From Nitrospirota bacterium (lineage in GTDB: Bacteria > Nitrospirota > Nitrospiria > Nitrospirales > NS-4), in contig SCTG01000102.1 of assembly GCA_004298335.1 (NCBI GenBank), positions 21,413 to 85,412 of the forward strand: DNA of 64,000 nt, in the 5' to 3' direction. How positions within the stretch are numbered: position 1 is the stretch's first letter; each line of letters starts with the position of its first letter. Below are positions 25,975 to 34,967 of this stretch, in pieces. The position numbers and the translations under genes are program-made. Under the pieces are notes generated by a model, which saw nothing but the letters and a program-made list of their open reading frames with translations, did not search any database and had not been told where the DNA came from.

Positions 25975-26502
25975 CTACTTCGTCATCTCGCGGGCCATGT
26001 GGCCGAGTTCGTCCAGGATGAGTTTGTCCATGGCGAGCAGGGCGGCCTTTTCCGACCCCGGGATGGAGATGATGATCGTGCCCTTGTAGAGGCCGGCCGT
26101 GGCGCGGCTCATGATCGCCGCGGAGCCGATGTCCTGATAGCTGAGGTAGCGGAAGATCTCGCCGAAGCCGTCCAGCCGCTTTTCCAGCAGGCCGTCGATC
26201 GCCTCGAACGTGGAGTCCCGCCGGGAAATGCCCGTCCCGCCGTTCACGATGATCGCCTGCACGTGCCGATCCTTGGCGCCCTGCTTGATCAGTTTCCGGA
26301 TGACCGAGGGGTCGTCTTTCACGAGGTGGTAGGAGACGACCTGGTGGCCGCGTCCCTTCAAGGAGCTCATGATCAGCGCGCCGCTCGCGTCGGTTTCAGG
26401 TGTGCGCGTGTCGCTGCAGGTGATGACCATGCAGGAAACGGATCGCGGCGCGGCCGCCTTGTGCTCCTTGTGAGACGGCTTGCGCTGTGGCTCGGCGGGC
26501 AT
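25975..26502 (-). CDS. moaB: molybdenum cofactor biosynthesis protein B (MoaB/MogA family)
   Basis: ITCSDTR...IIVNGGTGISRRDST...PGSEKA motifs. Confidence 0.8.
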   Translation of the reverse strand: MPAEPQRKPSHKEHKAAAPRSVSCMVITCSDTRTPETDASGALIMSSLKGRGHQVVSYHLVKDDPSVIRKLIKQGAKDRHVQAIIVNGGTGISRRDSTFEAIDGLLEKRLDGFGEIFRYLSYQDIGSAAIMSRATAGLYKGTIIISIPGSEKAALLAMDKLILDELGHMAREMTK

Positions 26503-26511
26503 GGCGAACGC

Positions 26512-26838
26512 TTACCCCCACACCTCATCCGGCATCCTGAGCCGGTCCACGGGCTTGCCCTTGCCGATGTGCTCGTCGAGTATGACCGGCACGTCGGCTT
26601 CGGTCACGCTCTTGTACCAGACGCCGTCTGGGTAGACGACGACGGTGGGGCCCATCTGGCAGGGACCCAGGCAGTCCGTCGGGGTCACGATGACCTTGCC
26701 CATCAGGCTGCGCTCCATGACGCCGAAATTGAACTGGTTGAGAATCCCCATGGCGCCGCGCTCGCCGCAGGATCCTTTGGGGTGTCCCGGCGGGCGGGTA
26801 TTCTTGCACACGAGGATATGATACTTGGGCTTGGGCAT
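26512..26838 (-). CDS. thioredoxin-like [2Fe-2S] ferredoxin
   Basis: HILVCKN...GSCGERG...DCLGPCQMGP has the four-Cys spacing of this family. Start at internal ATG 26838. Confidence 0.75.
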   Translation of the reverse strand: MPKPKYHILVCKNTRPPGHPKGSCGERGAMGILNQFNFGVMERSLMGKVIVTPTDCLGPCQMGPTVVVYPDGVWYKSVTEADVPVILDEHIGKGKPVDRLRMPDEVWG

Positions 26839-26876
26839 GGTGACTCCTTTGGGTGGTGTGGGCTGGCCGGGTTGAA

Positions 26877-27092
26877 TTAGTGGCCGCAACCGCCTCCGGG
26901 GCTGCAACTGCTGCCGCCGGACGGATCGGCGTCTCCCGAGCCGTAGGTCTTGGCCGCGAACCGTGAGATCAGGCGCTCGACGCGGGTCGTCCCGCATTGC
27001 GGGCAGGCGGTCTCGCCGGGTTTGGTATGGATGGACTGCATGAGGGCGAACTGGTTGGAGCAGCCCGCGCATTGGTATTCATAGATGGGCAT
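26877..27092 (-). CDS. FmdB-family zinc-ribbon protein
   Basis: MPIYEYQCAGCSNQF...CPQCG is the canonical FmdB/CxxC_CxxC_SSSS N-terminus, followed by a Gly/Ser/Cys-rich tail. Confidence 0.75.
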   Translation of the reverse strand: MPIYEYQCAGCSNQFALMQSIHTKPGETACPQCGTTRVERLISRFAAKTYGSGDADPSGGSSCSPGGGCGH

Positions 27093-27102
27093 GGGGTCTC
27101 TC

Positions 27103-27564
27103 CTATCGTCGCGGGCGCTGGTCTTCCCACCAGTCCACGCACTCAGGGGGGAGTTTCCAGTGTTTGATGCCGGCCAGCACGAAGTCAAGATAATGGTCCT
27201 GCGGCTTGAACTTGCCGGCGGGCTTGGCGGTGTGCGTGGTGACCATTTCCTTCTCGGGGGTCTGGCCTTCGTCATGCTCCGGATAGACGTTGATGGTGGA
27301 GTGGCGGAAGGCGCCGGCCGGCACCTCGTCCCCGTATTGATCGAGGATTTTGAGGTCCTCCTGCGTGATGTCGAACACGGCCCCCCAGACCCGGTCGCCG
27401 ACGGACGGGGTGAGGCTGGCCATCCCGCAGCGCCACTGGGACGACCAGCGGGGAAAGGTCAGGGTGTGGTCCGGCACGTACGCCCGGTGCAGAAAGGTGG
27501 CTTCGGGGGCCCGCTCTTTGAGTTGAGTGGGATGAAGGGTCTCGCTGTAGATAAAGTATTTCAC
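27103..27564 (-). CDS. gamma-glutamylcyclotransferase-like (AIG2/GGCT fold) protein
   Basis: N-terminal YFIYSETL..QL resembles the YFAYGSNL motif. The GAVFDI...LD..E segment fits the family. Divergent. Confidence 0.5.
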   Translation of the reverse strand: MKYFIYSETLHPTQLKERAPEATFLHRAYVPDHTLTFPRWSSQWRCGMASLTPSVGDRVWGAVFDITQEDLKILDQYGDEVPAGAFRHSTINVYPEHDEGQTPEKEMVTTHTAKPAGKFKPQDHYLDFVLAGIKHWKLPPECVDWWEDQRPRR

Positions 27565-27617
27565 GCGTGGTACTTGTACAGAATGGCGTTTCGGCTTGTC
27601 AAGTCGGCGGACCGGTC

Positions 27618-28049
27618 ATGAACCCGGAACCGCGCCCTCGTTCCCCGTTTCTCGTCTGGCTTGAATGGGGCGCCGTGGTCCTGCTGGTCGGCGGCGTCGC
27701 CGGCTACATTCTCTGGAAGCCCCTGGACCCGATGGGCGATCCGCGGGCCGCGCAGGCCCTGGCATTGGTGCAGACGCATCCGGCGCGCTCGGCCCCCTCG
27801 ATCCGCCAGGCCATCGACGACGTCATGAAGGCCAACCGGACGGCGGACCGGGTGCCCTCCATCAGCGACTGGTCGGTGCGGCCGGATGCGCCGGCCGGCG
27901 AGCGGGACAGCTATCACGTGCGGCTGGTGGTGCGCTTGCCGGGCGATCAGAAGCATCGGTGGATCGAGTGGGAATATCTCTGGAGGGTCCGGCTGTCGCC
28001 TCCCGCCGTGGTGCCGCTGTCGCGGCCGGCGGTGGAAGTCATGCCGTAG
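27618..28049 (+). CDS. hypothetical membrane-anchored protein
   Basis: Start at ATG 27618. One TM helix (WGAVVLLVGGVAGYILW). No family recognised. Confidence 0.4.
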   Translation: MNPEPRPRSPFLVWLEWGAVVLLVGGVAGYILWKPLDPMGDPRAAQALALVQTHPARSAPSIRQAIDDVMKANRTADRVPSISDWSVRPDAPAGERDSYHVRLVVRLPGDQKHRWIEWEYLWRVRLSPPAVVPLSRPAVEVMP

Positions 28050-28067
28050 CCCCCTCCCACCGTAACG

Positions 28068-28610
28068 TTACTTCTTGCTGTGGTGGTCAATGCCGATGTA
28101 CGCCTCGATGAAGCGGTCGATCCGCGCCTCATCGAAATCGTTGAACTTGTCGAGCCGCGTCCAGGCCGTGAGGGCGATCCGCGCGTCCATGTCGGGATAG
28201 GGCGCCAGGATCAGGTGCATGTATTTCTTCTCCTTGTCGGCGCGGGCTTTGTATTTGAAGAAGACGCCCTCCAGTTTTTTCACCAGGTCGGGGCAGTCCT
28301 TGGGGCAGTTGTATTGGATGACCACGCCGCCGTCTTCCAGGTTGTGCACCTGGTATTCCTTGGGAATGGGTTTGTCATAGGCTCCCCACGGGGCGATCCC
28401 GGGCATGTGCGGGCCCGATGTGGGGGGATCGCTGTTATAAGGCGCGTGGGGATCGCCCAGTCGTTTGATGTGGATGTTGCCGAGGTCTGGAAACTCTTTG
28501 CCGAGCGGGGCGTTCGCCGGAAGGACCGCCTTTTGTTCAGCCCCGGTTGGTGCCGGGCCGGCGCCCAGCAGCCCCGACAGCACGATCAGCGCGACCAGCC
28601 GGCGCATCAT
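28068..28610 (-). CDS. secreted DUF3105-domain protein
   Basis: Signal peptide, then PPTSGPHMP...HNLEDGGVVIQY...LILAPYP...ALTAW motifs as remembered for DUF3105. Confidence 0.6.
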   Translation of the reverse strand: MMRRLVALIVLSGLLGAGPAPTGAEQKAVLPANAPLGKEFPDLGNIHIKRLGDPHAPYNSDPPTSGPHMPGIAPWGAYDKPIPKEYQVHNLEDGGVVIQYNCPKDCPDLVKKLEGVFFKYKARADKEKKYMHLILAPYPDMDARIALTAWTRLDKFNDFDEARIDRFIEAYIGIDHHSKK

Positions 28611-28918
28611 GGCGCGACGGAGACCGAGATTTTGCCGTCTTCGACCTTCACCTGATAGCAGGCCACGCTCATGTCGGGGTTTTTGACGTACTGGCCTGTT
28701 TTGATGTGGTAGCGGTAGCCGTGCCAGGGGCAGATGACGACGTCGCCCTTGATCTTGCCCTCACCCAGGGGGCCGCCGGCGTGCTGGCATATGTTGTCGA
28801 TGGCATAGATCGCCCCCTCCAGGTTGAAGAGCGCCACCTCGACGTTCTGCACCGCGACGACTTTCGCGGTCCCCGGAGGGATATCCGAGAGATCGGCGAC
28901 GTGGACAAATGATCCCAT
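28607..28918 (-). CDS. Rieske [2Fe-2S] ferredoxin
   Basis: CQHAGGPL and CPWHGYRY Rieske boxes. Start at internal ATG 28918. The stop overlaps the DUF3105 start by 4 nt. Confidence 0.8.
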   Translation of the reverse strand: MGSFVHVADLSDIPPGTAKVVAVQNVEVALFNLEGAIYAIDNICQHAGGPLGEGKIKGDVVICPWHGYRYHIKTGQYVKNPDMSVACYQVKVEDGKISVSVAP

Positions 28919-29099
28919 GGCCCGGATTGTAATCTGCGCCCGCCGGGACTGCAAGACAGGGCCTGGAATCCTTATGCCCGGCGGGGGCTGGACTGGATTT
29001 TCGCATCGGCCTATGCTATACGAACCTGCATTGTCAGGCGACGCCCCCTGCCGAAACGGGGCGTGATTGATCGGATTTCGTTTTGCCGAAAGGGGGTCT

Positions 29100-29645
29100 A
29101 TGGAGCTCACCCTGCTGCTGAACGCCACATACGAACCGCTCCGGGTCCTGAACTGGCAGAAGGCCATTACCCTGCTGTGGCAGGGGAAGGTCGAAGTGCT
29201 CGAAGTCTATGACCGCGAAATCCACGGCGTGTCGATTTCCGTCAAGCTGCCGGCGGTCATGCGGCTGCTGAAGATGGTCAAGATCCGCGAGGCCCACCGC
29301 TCGGTCAAGTTTTCCCGGATCAACATCTTTACCCGCGACGGGTTCAAGTGCCAGTACTGCCGGCGGAAGTTCAAGACGGAGGACCTCACGTTCGACCATG
29401 TGGTGCCGATCGCCAAGGGCGGCACGAAGACCTGGGAGAACATCGTGACGGCCTGCTGGGCCTGCAATAACCGAAAGAGCGGGCGGACGCCGGACGAGGC
29501 GTCCATGCACTTGCTCAGGAAGCCGGTCAAGCCGAGGTGGCATCCGGTGGTCACGATCACGATCGGCATCCGGAACACGCCGGAAAGCTGGCGGGACTAC
29601 CTCTACTGGAACATGGAACTGGAGTCCGACATCCCGGAGCCGTAA
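29100..29645 (+). CDS. HNH endonuclease family protein
   Basis: CQYC...FDHVVPIAKGG...N...CWACNNRK forms the HNH/zinc-finger core. ATG 29100 preceded by AAGGGGG. Confidence 0.8.
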   Translation: MELTLLLNATYEPLRVLNWQKAITLLWQGKVEVLEVYDREIHGVSISVKLPAVMRLLKMVKIREAHRSVKFSRINIFTRDGFKCQYCRRKFKTEDLTFDHVVPIAKGGTKTWENIVTACWACNNRKSGRTPDEASMHLLRKPVKPRWHPVVTITIGIRNTPESWRDYLYWNMELESDIPEP

Positions 29646-29665
29646 CCGGGAGAGTTTCAGGGAAG

Positions 29666-29699
29666 GGGAGGTCGCCGTCGGCGGCCTCCCTTTTTTATT
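29666..29699 (+). terminator. rho-independent terminator after the HNH gene
   Basis: GGGAGGTCGCC-gtc-GGCGGCCTCCC hairpin with one G-U pair, followed by TTTTTTATT. Confidence 0.7.
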
Positions 29700-29701
29700 G
29701 C

Positions 29702-30172
29702 CTACCTGATCCGATTGAGAACGATCGCGACGTCCTTGGCGCCCGCCATGGTGGGATTTTTTGCAAACTCCCCTTCAATATCACCGGGCCGCGCGGGACC
29801 GGCGTTGCCGTCCTTGTCCAGGCGCGCGATGACCGCCACCATGCCCTTGAGCTCGGAGCCCTGGAGCATCACGTCGGCGTTCGTGACCTCGAACGGCTGG
29901 GGGAACTTGGGGTGTTCGATCCGAAGCGCCGCGAGGGGACGGGGAGGGCCGCTCGGCCGTCGGACGATCACGAAGAGGACATCCGTGGGGGCCACCTGGG
30001 AGGCCAGGGCGGGATCGATCGTGACGGTGCCTGCAATCGACCCGGCGGCTTCCTTGCCTCCGTGGAGAATGCCCTGCCAGGCCGCCACGCCGGCCAGGAG
30101 CACGATGCCGACGAAAATCAGAGGAGCAGCGAATTTCTTGTTCACGGCGGGATTATAGCCGACGTGCGCCAT
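29702..30172 (-). CDS. membrane-anchored protein resembling the C-terminal domain of cytochrome c biogenesis factor CcmI/CycH (tentative)
   Basis: TM anchor, then GTVTIDPALA...VLFVIVRRPSGPPRPLAALR...ARLDKDGNAGPARPGDIEG. This follows the pattern I remember for CcmI C-terminal domains. Confidence 0.45.
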   Translation of the reverse strand: MAHVGYNPAVNKKFAAPLIFVGIVLLAGVAAWQGILHGGKEAAGSIAGTVTIDPALASQVAPTDVLFVIVRRPSGPPRPLAALRIEHPKFPQPFEVTNADVMLQGSELKGMVAVIARLDKDGNAGPARPGDIEGEFAKNPTMAGAKDVAIVLNRIR

Positions 30173-30249
30173 GGGGACAATGTATTTACCTCGGTTCGAA
30201 TGATACGGTAAGATGCGGTTGTTGCTGTGAGGATCGCGGAGGAACAGAC

Positions 30250-30879
30250 ATGAAGATCGGCTTTCAGATCAATCTCGACGTCAAAGACCGTGCGTGCCTG
30301 GTGGTGGGAGGAGAGGGCGAGGCGGCGGAAAAGACCAACCGGCTGCTGGAAGCCGGGGCCAAGGTGACCATCGTCAGCCCGAAGCTGAACGATGAGCTCA
30401 AGGGCCTGGCCGCCTCGGCCAGGATTCTTCACCGGGGCCGCCGGTTCAAGGGTTCGGACGTGGATGGCGGAGTCTGGCTGGTCATGAACACGGTGAAGAC
30501 GGATGAAGTCCTGAGCCGCGATCTATTCAATCTCGCCAGGCAGAAGGGGTTTTTGCTCTGCTCCACCGACCAGCCGGACTATTCGACCTTTACCATGCCG
30601 GCGCTGGTCGCCAGGGGCCCGCTGCGGATCGCCATCAGCACCAGCGGGGTCTCGCCGGCGCTCGCCAGCCGGTTGCGGCAGGACCTCGAGCCGGTGTTCG
30701 ACGAGCGTTTCGAAGTGTTTTTGGAATATCTTGACGCGTATCGGGCGCATCTCCAAGACACCGAAACAAATGTCGAGAAACGCCATCAGTTATTGCGTGA
30801 TACGGTATCAAAAGTAAAGCTTCAGGCGAAGATTGAGTTTCCCAAGGTCGAGAGGAAGGCCGAGGAGAAAGGGGCATAG
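30250..30879 (+). CDS. sirC: precorrin-2 dehydrogenase / sirohydrochlorin ferrochelatase (SirC / CysG N-terminal type)
   Basis: CLVVGGGEGEAAEKTNRLLEAGAKVTIVSP Rossmann region and PLRIAISTSGVSPALASRLR motif. Confidence 0.75.
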   Translation: MKIGFQINLDVKDRACLVVGGEGEAAEKTNRLLEAGAKVTIVSPKLNDELKGLAASARILHRGRRFKGSDVDGGVWLVMNTVKTDEVLSRDLFNLARQKGFLLCSTDQPDYSTFTMPALVARGPLRIAISTSGVSPALASRLRQDLEPVFDERFEVFLEYLDAYRAHLQDTETNVEKRHQLLRDTVSKVKLQAKIEFPKVERKAEEKGA

Positions 30880-30882
30880 ACG

Positions 30883-31191
30883 ATGGTGTTGCTGGAGTTC
30901 AGCATGTCGCCCCTGGGGAGGGGCGAGAGTGTGGGGAAGTACGTGGCCCGGTCGCTGGAGATTGTGGATAGGAGCGGGGTGGACTACCGCCTCAACCCCA
31001 TGGGCACGGTGCTGGAGGGCGAGTGGGACGACGTGTTCGGCGTCGTAAAGAAATGTTACGAGCGGATGCGCAAGGACTGCGGGCGCATCTCCTGCTCGAT
31101 CAAGGTGGACTACCGCAAGGGCGCCAAGGGGCGGCTGGGCGGGAAAGTCGCGAGCGTGGAGAAAAGGCTGGGGAGAACACTGAAGACCTAG
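30883..31191 (+). CDS. MTH1187/YkoF-family (DUF77) thiamine-binding-like protein
   Basis: LEFSMSPLG.GESV..YVA..L.....SG..Y.L.PMGT.LEG.W..V matches the family consensus. Confidence 0.75.
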   Translation: MVLLEFSMSPLGRGESVGKYVARSLEIVDRSGVDYRLNPMGTVLEGEWDDVFGVVKKCYERMRKDCGRISCSIKVDYRKGAKGRLGGKVASVEKRLGRTLKT

Positions 31192-32171
31192 AACACCGAG
31201 AACTTGAAGTAGCGTTTCGGATCCTTCTTGATGTCCGCGATCAGTCCCTCCACTTCACTCAACACCTTGTCCGCCCGTTTGTAGAGCTGGTCCTGGTTCA
31301 CCAGCTTGCCGAGCGTGCCGTCGCCGCGCTCGATCTTTCCCATGAGCGCTTCGCTTTTGGCGGTGACGCCTTCCAATCGCTGATACAGGGCCGGATCGCG
31401 GGCCAGTTTTCCCAGGGTGCCATCCGGTTGATTGAGCAACGCCCCCAGTTTCTGCATCTCCCCGACGGCCGCCGTCGCCCGGTCGTAGAGCGCGCGGTCT
31501 GTCATCAGCTTGCCGACGGTACCGTCGCCGCGCTCGATGCTGGCGAGCAAGTGGCTGGTCTTTTCGGAGAGGATATCGACCTTCCGGATCAGCTGGGCGC
31601 TGTGATCATAGAGCGTCGAATCGGTGACGAGCTTGCCGGCCGTGCCTTTGCCGGCGTTGATGTTGGCGAGGATCCCCTTCAACTCGCGCAACGTCTGGTC
31701 CACGTTCTGGAGCGTGGCCGTCGCGCTCCCGGCGACGCCGGTGATATCGGCGGCATCGCCGCGTCCGCTCAGGACGGCGCCGTCCGACAGGGGCGGCTGC
31801 TTCGGCGACCCGGCGAGGAGGTCCAGATACTTGTCTCCCAGCAGCCCCATCGGGCGGATCATGATGGCGGCGTCATCATGGAGAAGCGGACGCATCTCGG
31901 TGTTGACGGTGAAGGAGAGGATGACTGTTCCTTTGCCGGGGTCGATGAGCACACCTTTCACGTTGCCTACATCCACGCCGCTGATCCGGACGGGCGCGCC
32001 GACCTTGATGCCCTGGCTGTCGTCCAGGGAGGCCTGAAAGGTGGCGGCGGAAGCAAACACCCCCATGCCGCTGTTCAGGTTCATGATGGTGTACAGGATC
32101 GCGGCGATGCCGAAAATGAGCACCACGCCGACCTTCACTTGGGCCCAGGTCGTGTCGGTTCGCCGCATCAT
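31188..32171 (-). CDS. mlaD: MCE-domain protein MlaD
   Basis: N-terminal TM helix, MCE domain (GIKVGAPVRISGVDVGNV), then repeated GT.GKL coiled segments. Confidence 0.8.
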   Translation of the reverse strand: MMRRTDTTWAQVKVGVVLIFGIAAILYTIMNLNSGMGVFASAATFQASLDDSQGIKVGAPVRISGVDVGNVKGVLIDPGKGTVILSFTVNTEMRPLLHDDAAIMIRPMGLLGDKYLDLLAGSPKQPPLSDGAVLSGRGDAADITGVAGSATATLQNVDQTLRELKGILANINAGKGTAGKLVTDSTLYDHSAQLIRKVDILSEKTSHLLASIERGDGTVGKLMTDRALYDRATAAVGEMQKLGALLNQPDGTLGKLARDPALYQRLEGVTAKSEALMGKIERGDGTLGKLVNQDQLYKRADKVLSEVEGLIADIKKDPKRYFKFSVF

Positions 32172-32983
32172 GCCGATGCCTGTTCCGCTTTTTCAGGCAT
32201 CGGAGGAACAACGCGGATCCCTCCGTCCTTGTGTGGGAAGCAGCCGGGTTCCGCCAGCACTTCCTCCGGCCTGAGGAACGTCCTGATGCGGGGATCGTCG
32301 GAAGCCTGGAGTGCATCGACGGAGCCGTCAAAAATCTTCTCCCCGCGGTGGATCATGATGAGGCTGTCCGCCACGCGATAAGCCGTCTCCAGATCGTGGG
32401 TGACGACGACCTGGGTCACTTGTTCCTCCGTGTGCAACTGGCGCACGAGATCGCTGACGAGGTGAGTGTTGATCGGATCGAGCCCTGCGGTCGGCTCGTC
32501 ATAGAGGATGATCTTGGGCTTGCAGGCCAGGGCGCGTGCAATGGCGACCCGCTTTTTCATGCCGCCGCTCAGTTCGGCCGGCATCTTATTGACGGTATCC
32601 TCCAGCCCCACGAAACAGAGGCTTTTGACCACGCGTTGTTCGATGGTGTCGTCGTCCAGCGCGCCTTCCTCCCACAGGCGGTAGCCCACGTTCTCGCGCA
32701 CCGTCAGCGAGTCGAACAGCGCGGCGCCTTGGAAGACCATGGCCATCTGGGCGCGAATGGAAGCCATCTGCCGCTCGGCCATGCCGACGATCTCCTGCCC
32801 GTTGACGACGATCGACCCGGACTCCGGGCGCAGGAGTCCCAGGATCAACCGCAGAGTGGTGGTCTTCCCGCAGCCGCTCCCGCCGAGAATGACTTGCGTG
32901 GTGCCGTGGGGCACTTCCATGGAAATGTCTTTCAGGACCTGCCTGCCGTCGAATTTGAGAAAGACGTGGGAAAACCGGATCAC
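32168..32983 (-). CDS. mlaF: ABC transporter ATP-binding protein MlaF
   Basis: Walker A GGSGCGKTT, signature LSGGMKKRV and Walker B ILYDEPT. Confidence 0.9.
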   Translation of the reverse strand: MIRFSHVFLKFDGRQVLKDISMEVPHGTTQVILGGSGCGKTTTLRLILGLLRPESGSIVVNGQEIVGMAERQMASIRAQMAMVFQGAALFDSLTVRENVGYRLWEEGALDDDTIEQRVVKSLCFVGLEDTVNKMPAELSGGMKKRVAIARALACKPKIILYDEPTAGLDPINTHLVSDLVRQLHTEEQVTQVVVTHDLETAYRVADSLIMIHRGEKIFDGSVDALQASDDPRIRTFLRPEEVLAEPGCFPHKDGGIRVVPPMPEKAEQASA

Positions 32984-32986
32984 GGC

Positions 32987-33769
32987 TCACCACCCCCAAT
33001 AGATGAACAGCTTCGTGAGGAAGAAGTCCGACACCAGGATCAGGATGGACGAGGTGACCATGGCGTGCGTCGTCGAATGCCCGACTCCCACCGTGCCTCC
33101 CGACGTCGTGATGCCGGCGTAACAGCCGACCATGCAGACGATGAAGCCAAACACCAGCGGTTTGAGCAGGCCGTACACGAGATCCATCGGTCCCAGCGCC
33201 GCGAAGGCCCATGTCCAATAAAAAAAGGTGTCGATGCTCAGGGAGAAATGGGCGATCAGGTAGCCGCCGACCATGGCGATGCCGTCCGTGATGACGGTCA
33301 GCACGGGAACCATGACCAGCGAGGCGATGAGGCGCGTGGTGATCAGCTTCTTGATGGGGTCGGTGCCTTCGGCCCGGAGCGCGTCGATCTGCTCGGTGAC
33401 CTGCATCGTCGCCAGCTCGGAGGCGATGCCGGAGCCGACCCGTCCGGCGATCATCAAGGCGGCGAGCACGGGACCCAGCTCGCGGACGACCGACGCGCTC
33501 ACGAGCTTGGAAACGTAGGGGACGGCGCCGTAGGGCTCGAGCTGGATGGCCCCCTGGAGGGTCAGGACCATGCCCGTGAAGATGCCCGTCAGGACAACAA
33601 TGAAAATGGAGCCCACGCCGATGCGGTTCATGTGGTAGATGGTTTCCTGGACGTACCACGGCCTCCGGAAGGCTCCCGTCGCGGCGGTCGCGCAGAGCTG
33701 CGCGAAGTCCTGCACCGTGGCGGCGTAGCCTTTGAGGGTATCTTCGATGCGGGTCACGGCAAGGTCCAT
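32987..33769 (-). CDS. mlaE: ABC transporter permease MlaE
   Basis: 260 aa, multi-TM, MlaE/YrbE family motifs (REL.P...A....GR.GS..A.E...M.V.EQIDAL). Confidence 0.85.
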   Translation of the reverse strand: MDLAVTRIEDTLKGYAATVQDFAQLCATAATGAFRRPWYVQETIYHMNRIGVGSIFIVVLTGIFTGMVLTLQGAIQLEPYGAVPYVSKLVSASVVRELGPVLAALMIAGRVGSGIASELATMQVTEQIDALRAEGTDPIKKLITTRLIASLVMVPVLTVITDGIAMVGGYLIAHFSLSIDTFFYWTWAFAALGPMDLVYGLLKPLVFGFIVCMVGCYAGITTSGGTVGVGHSTTHAMVTSSILILVSDFFLTKLFIYWGW

Positions 33770-33869
33770 GGAGCCGTCCCTTTCAGTGAAGCAACCGAGG
33801 TGGCGGCACTATACCGAGTTTTCAGGATTCAGGCAAGCGAGGGCAGGACGGGCTTCCCGCGACCGAAGG

Positions 33870-34967
33870 TCAATCCTCCAGATAGACGCGCGTTGTCCGC
33901 GGGCCGATCTGGCAGAGGATTTCGTAGCTGATGGTGTTTTGCCAGGCCGCCAGGTCATCCGCGGTGATCGCGGCCGAACCCTGCCGTCCCAAGAGGACCG
34001 CCTCATCACCGGGCCGTATCGCCGGATGGTCGGTCACATCCACCATGGTGAGGTCCATGCAGACGCGCCCGACCACCGGGGCCGGCCGGCCGCCGATGAG
34101 CACGCGGCCTTTGTTGGAAAAAGCGCGGCTATAGCCATCCGCGTAGCCGACCGGCAGCACGGCCAACGTCGACGGCCGCGGGGCGACGAAGGTCCCGCCG
34201 TAGCTGACCGGCTGTCCTTTCTCCACGTGCTTGATCTGGACGACGCGGGTTTTCCAGGCCAGGGCCGGCCGAAGATCCGAGGAAGGCGTCGGCCCCGAGG
34301 CATAGCCGTACAGCATGAGGCCCGGACGGACGAGATCAAACAGGCTCGATGGATACTTGAGAATCGCCGCGCTGTTGGCGATATGGGCTGTGGGGACTTT
34401 CAGCCCCGCCGCCCGGATCGCTTCCAGGAACGCGCGGAATCGCACCAGTTGCTGTTCGGTCTTTTCCCTGTCCGGCTCATCGGCCGAGGCCAGGTGACTC
34501 ATCACGCCCTCGAGTCGCAGAGTGGGCGGCCAGCCTGAGCGGAGGAGCGCCAGGGCCTCCTCCGGGGTAATGCCGAGACGGCCCATGCCGGTGTCGACCT
34601 TGAGATGAACCGGCAGGGGGAGGGTGCGAGGGTCTGCGAGCCGGGCGGCCGTTTCGACGGCGTCCCGCGACGGCAGGACCGGCGTCAGAGTGGATCGCTG
34701 CATCGCCGGGATGTCGTAGACGCCGCCCATCACCAGGATCGGCGCGGTGATGCCGGCGCCCCGCAGCTCCAGTCCTTCCTCCACCGTGGCGACGCCCAGC
34801 TGGTGCGCGCCGGCGGAGAGGAGAACCTGCGACACAGGAACCGCCCCGTGGCCGTAGGCGTCGGCTTTCACGATGGCCAGGACGGCGGCCGTGCCGACAC
34901 GGCGCGTGACTTCCTGGAGATTGTGGCGGAGAGAGGGGAGATGGATCTCGGCGACGGTGGGATTCAA
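33870..34967 (-). CDS. alr: alanine racemase
   Basis: AIVKADAYGHGA PLP-lysine motif and typical C-terminal domain. The start overlaps the frr stop by 4 nt. Confidence 0.9.
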   Translation of the reverse strand: MNPTVAEIHLPSLRHNLQEVTRRVGTAAVLAIVKADAYGHGAVPVSQVLLSAGAHQLGVATVEEGLELRGAGITAPILVMGGVYDIPAMQRSTLTPVLPSRDAVETAARLADPRTLPLPVHLKVDTGMGRLGITPEEALALLRSGWPPTLRLEGVMSHLASADEPDREKTEQQLVRFRAFLEAIRAAGLKVPTAHIANSAAILKYPSSLFDLVRPGLMLYGYASGPTPSSDLRPALAWKTRVVQIKHVEKGQPVSYGGTFVAPRPSTLAVLPVGYADGYSRAFSNKGRVLIGGRPAPVVGRVCMDLTMVDVTDHPAIRPGDEAVLLGRQGSAAITADDLAAWQNTISYEILCQIGPRTTRVYLED

